Virus record (IMG/VR): IMGVR_UViG_3300022654_000026
Location: 1-64,000 of that record
Strand: one strand, 5' to 3'
Source: a virus
Lineage: Duplodnaviria; Caudoviricetes
DNA length: 64,000 bases
Shown piece by piece: positions 61,433 to 64,000 of this stretch. Position 1 is the first letter of the stretch. Each line of letters starts with the position of its first letter. The notes beneath the pieces were generated by a model, which did no database searches, was not told where the DNA came from, and saw only the letters and a list, made by a program, of their open reading frames with translations. A program made the translations under genes and the position numbers.

Positions 61433-64000
61433 ATGAATTTACCTTCTAATTTATTTGATAATTATACTCCACCGCAAGTATTTTTATGTCAGCCTGATAA
61501 AACAATTATTGGCGAATTGCAACCATATGATTTTTCTGCTGTTTTTAAATTCAACACTTACTCAGAAACAACTTTTACAATTAGTAAAACATATATAGAT
61601 ATTCTTGATGGCAAAATGCGTCTAAATCCATATTATTTGCTACTTGATTCTTTAAGAGTTATTTATATTCGTGGTATTGGCCATTTTGTTATTCAAGACG
61701 TAAAAGAGAATTTAGCAGAATCAGATACGAAAACCATTACTGCATTTTCTCTTGAGTATGCGACCGCAACAAAATATCTTGATAATTTTAGAATAAATAC
61801 CGGTGAAGATGATTCTTTAGAATATATATACCATATGCAACAGTATGGGGTTGGTTATTCTATCGATAGACCATATAAAAATGCTCCGACTGCGTTTGAT
61901 CCATATGAAAGGTATTATATAAAAGAATATACAAGCAATAAGGCGTATGTGTACACTGAAGTACAGATTGTTGACCCAGATTCTTTTGCTTCATATGATG
62001 AAGGTTTATATATTAAGGCATACCCAAATATTAGGTTTTATTGGCCAAGCAATCCGGATTTAAGTTTATTGCATATTATTTTCAGTCATATACCAGAGTG
62101 GAAGATTGGACATGTTGATAAAGAGCTTTGGTATCAAGAGCGTACATTCAGCGAAGAACGCGTTGCTGTATATGACTTCTTATATAACGCTGCAGCAGAA
62201 ACATTCAAATATGCTATGGAATGGGACTCCATAAATGGAGAAGTTAATTTTTATATAACCGAAGAGGATGGCATAACGGCAGATAATAATGTGCAGACAT
62301 TGTGGGATACTGATGTATTTATTTCTCGCGAAAACCTTGCGTCGTCTATTGATGTGTCTTATTCGACAGATGACATTCGTACAAAACTGAAGGTTACAGG
62401 CGGAGAGGGTGTAGATATCAGAGACGTAAACCTTGGACAGAATTATATAACTAACTTGTCATTTTACAACGATCCTACGTGGCTAGGCCGTGATTTAGCT
62501 ATTAAGTACAATAAGTACATGGACGAGGTTAATGGATATACTGACATGTATACTGATCTCATGTCTCAATGGTCTACGGCATATAATGAGCATAATGAGT
62601 TGATGAACCATGTTCCTGTTGAACCGCGTGTCTTATTGATTGGCGATCCTTTTGATAAGCTATATTGTACATATAACAATACATATAGTTCCTTAACACA
62701 TAGTGAAATACAAGAAATGGAAGGGCTTCAACTGGGCGGCAATGTTGATTTATTTAATCGTCCACAAATACCGTCTTCTAAATTAGTTGACGTTGGATGG
62801 ACAGATGCTGGTGACGGAACATCTACAGTGTACACACATACATATTCAAATGAAGATGAAACAATTGCTATAAATGTTACCCCTATTTTACCAAATGGAG
62901 ACGTTATGTCACCAGATGAACTTGAAGGTTATGCTGGTGGAATTATTTATGGTGAAATAGAAGACTATGAGAAGTTACAAATTGGTTTTATGTTTGAGGG
63001 AGAAAATGCAATCGAAGAGGCTGAAAAGGCAGCTGAACGAATTCACGAGCTGCAAGAAAAATATTATTTAAGTCCAGGCTTAAGTGAAGAGGAATTACTA
63101 AATACTCTTAAAGAAAAACTAGGCCTCTATCGTGTTGGTGTTGATGATAATGGAACAATTTCTAAAATAGATAAAACAGACGATATCTTGTTAACTCTTG
63201 AAAATAACGCCAATGACTCCGTAACCATTCGTGTAAAATGTATTAAAGCTCCAACAATAGTTATCGACGGTAAAGATACTACTTATTATAAAAATTCTGA
63301 TTATAAGATTTACTGCACAAAAACCATTGCAAGTTCTGGATTATCACATACGGATGAATATACATTAAGGCAATGGGTTAGAGGAGAATTAACATCAGAT
63401 GAATTAGGATTGTCTAGCTATGCAGAAACAGGAGCAGAGATATTTGATTTTAAAGTTAAATCTATTGGAACCCTCGGCGCGTATTTATGTATCGCTAAAG
63501 ATGAGACGGTCAAAGATAATGTTGCAGCCTATGGTATTAGGTTATTACAAGAAAAACAAGGTATCTATACTAAGATATTTATTACCCAAACAGAAGGATA
63601 TATGTCTAAAGAAGGATTCCGATGTGTTGCAAGCGATAAAGAACCCATAGGTGGCAGTGTTGGTGACAAATGGCTTGATACGAGCAGTAAAAATGCGCGT
63701 ATATTGATTTGTACAAAGGTAGATAGCAACGGGAAGATGACATGGGAAGAATATAGTGTTAATGAAGATGGCAACGGTAATTTCATTAACAACTCAGCCG
63801 ATTTTGAAAATTATACACGTTTTATTGAAAACTATAATAAATTGCAGATAGTTCAAGAAGTGCTCGCAGAAAAACAACGGCTTGCTACATACTTAAAAAA
63901 TGGTTATGAAGTTGAGAGTATGCGAAACATTTTGCCAGATGACCTTGACGGTAAATTTACATATGAAGATAAACAAGATGGCGCAAATTTCCTTGGTTTG
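61433..64000 (+). CDS. Tail hub/Tal-like protein, 3'-truncated by the window (absent from the ORF track)
   Basis: SD AAGGAGGT, ATG 61433 (MNLPSNLFDNYTPPQVFLCQPDK...); start, middle and final segments checked are open in one frame; FKFNTYSE, FSLEY, IPEWKIGHVD motifs; follows Dit. Confidence 0.7.
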   Translation, partial: MNLPSNLFDNYTPPQVFLCQPDKTIIGELQPYDFSAVFKFNTYSETTFTISKTYIDILDGKMRLNPYYLLLDSLRVIYIRGIGHFVIQDVKENLAESDTKTITAFSLEYATATKYLDNFRINTGEDDSLEYIYHMQQYGVGYSIDRPYKNAPTAFDPYERYYIKEYTSNKAYVYTEVQIVDPDSFASYDEGLYIKAYPNIRFYWPSNPDLSLLHIIFSHIPEWKIGHVDKELWYQERTFSEERVAVYDFLYNAAAETFKYAMEWDSINGEVNFYITEEDGITADNNVQTLWDTDVFISRENLASSIDVSYSTDDIRTKLKVTGGEGVDIRDVNLGQNYITNLSFYNDPTWLGRDLAIKYNKYMDEVNGYTDMYTDLMSQWSTAYNEHNELMNHVPVEPRVLLIGDPFDKLYCTYNNTYSSLTHSEIQEMEGLQLGGNVDLFNRPQIPSSKLVDVGWTDAGDGTSTVYTHTYSNEDETIAINVTPILPNGDVMSPDELEGYAGGIIYGEIEDYEKLQIGFMFEGENAIEEAEKAAERIHELQEKYYLSPGLSEEELLNTLKEKLGLYRVGVDDNGTISKIDKTDDILLTLENNANDSVTIRVKCIKAPTIVIDGKDTTYYKNSDYKIYCTKTIASSGLSHTDEYTLRQWVRGELTSDELGLSSYAETGAEIFDFKVKSIGTLGAYLCIAKDETVKDNVAAYGIRLLQEKQGIYTKIFITQTEGYMSKEGFRCVASDKEPIGGSVGDKWLDTSSKNARILICTKVDSNGKMTWEEYSVNEDGNGNFINNSADFENYTRFIENYNKLQIVQEVLAEKQRLATYLKNGYEVESMRNILPDDLDGKFTYEDKQDGANFLGL

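Noticed and set aside
8-63792. Numerous minus-strand and alternative-frame ORFs in the track (e.g. 16517..17146, 50349..50996, 52164..52607)
   Set aside because: All overlap long + strand genes, have no recognisable motifs or SD, and are expected shadows of biased codon usage
1-64000. CRISPR arrays, tRNA/rRNA genes, IS elements, integrase, stop-codon reassignment
   Set aside because: No repeat-spacer arrays, cloverleafs or transposase/integrase motifs were seen; genes tile densely under the standard code and end in TAA, TGA or TAG

Overview
The whole window is the virion morphogenesis (late) region of a large, low-GC siphovirus-type phage. The strong AAGGAGG Shine-Dalgarno (SD) sites suggest a Firmicutes host (inference). 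All credible genes are on the + strand. Gene order is: terminase large subunit (5'-truncated), portal, prohead protease with a nested scaffold, decoration protein, major capsid, head-tail connectors, major tail protein, a ~28 kb array of fibre/adhesin genes, a RuvC-like resolvase, putative chaperones, tape measure, Dit and a 3'-truncated Tal/hub-like gene. Two self-splicing group I introns interrupt structural genes. A 382-nt ORF-less intron lies in the major tail gene (11071-11452). A 1241-nt intron encoding a Vsr/EDxHD-like homing endonuclease lies in the tape measure gene (52092-53332), and splicing joins two ORFs into one ~5596-aa protein that also carries a JAB/MPN-like motif. The fibre array shows a repeated pairing of C-terminal tags with the N-terminal domain of the next gene, suggesting a modular, possibly branched adhesin assembly. 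A recurring motif (AAT)ACAAAATGATT precedes several genes. Product calls come from motif recognition and synteny only; no database searches were run.
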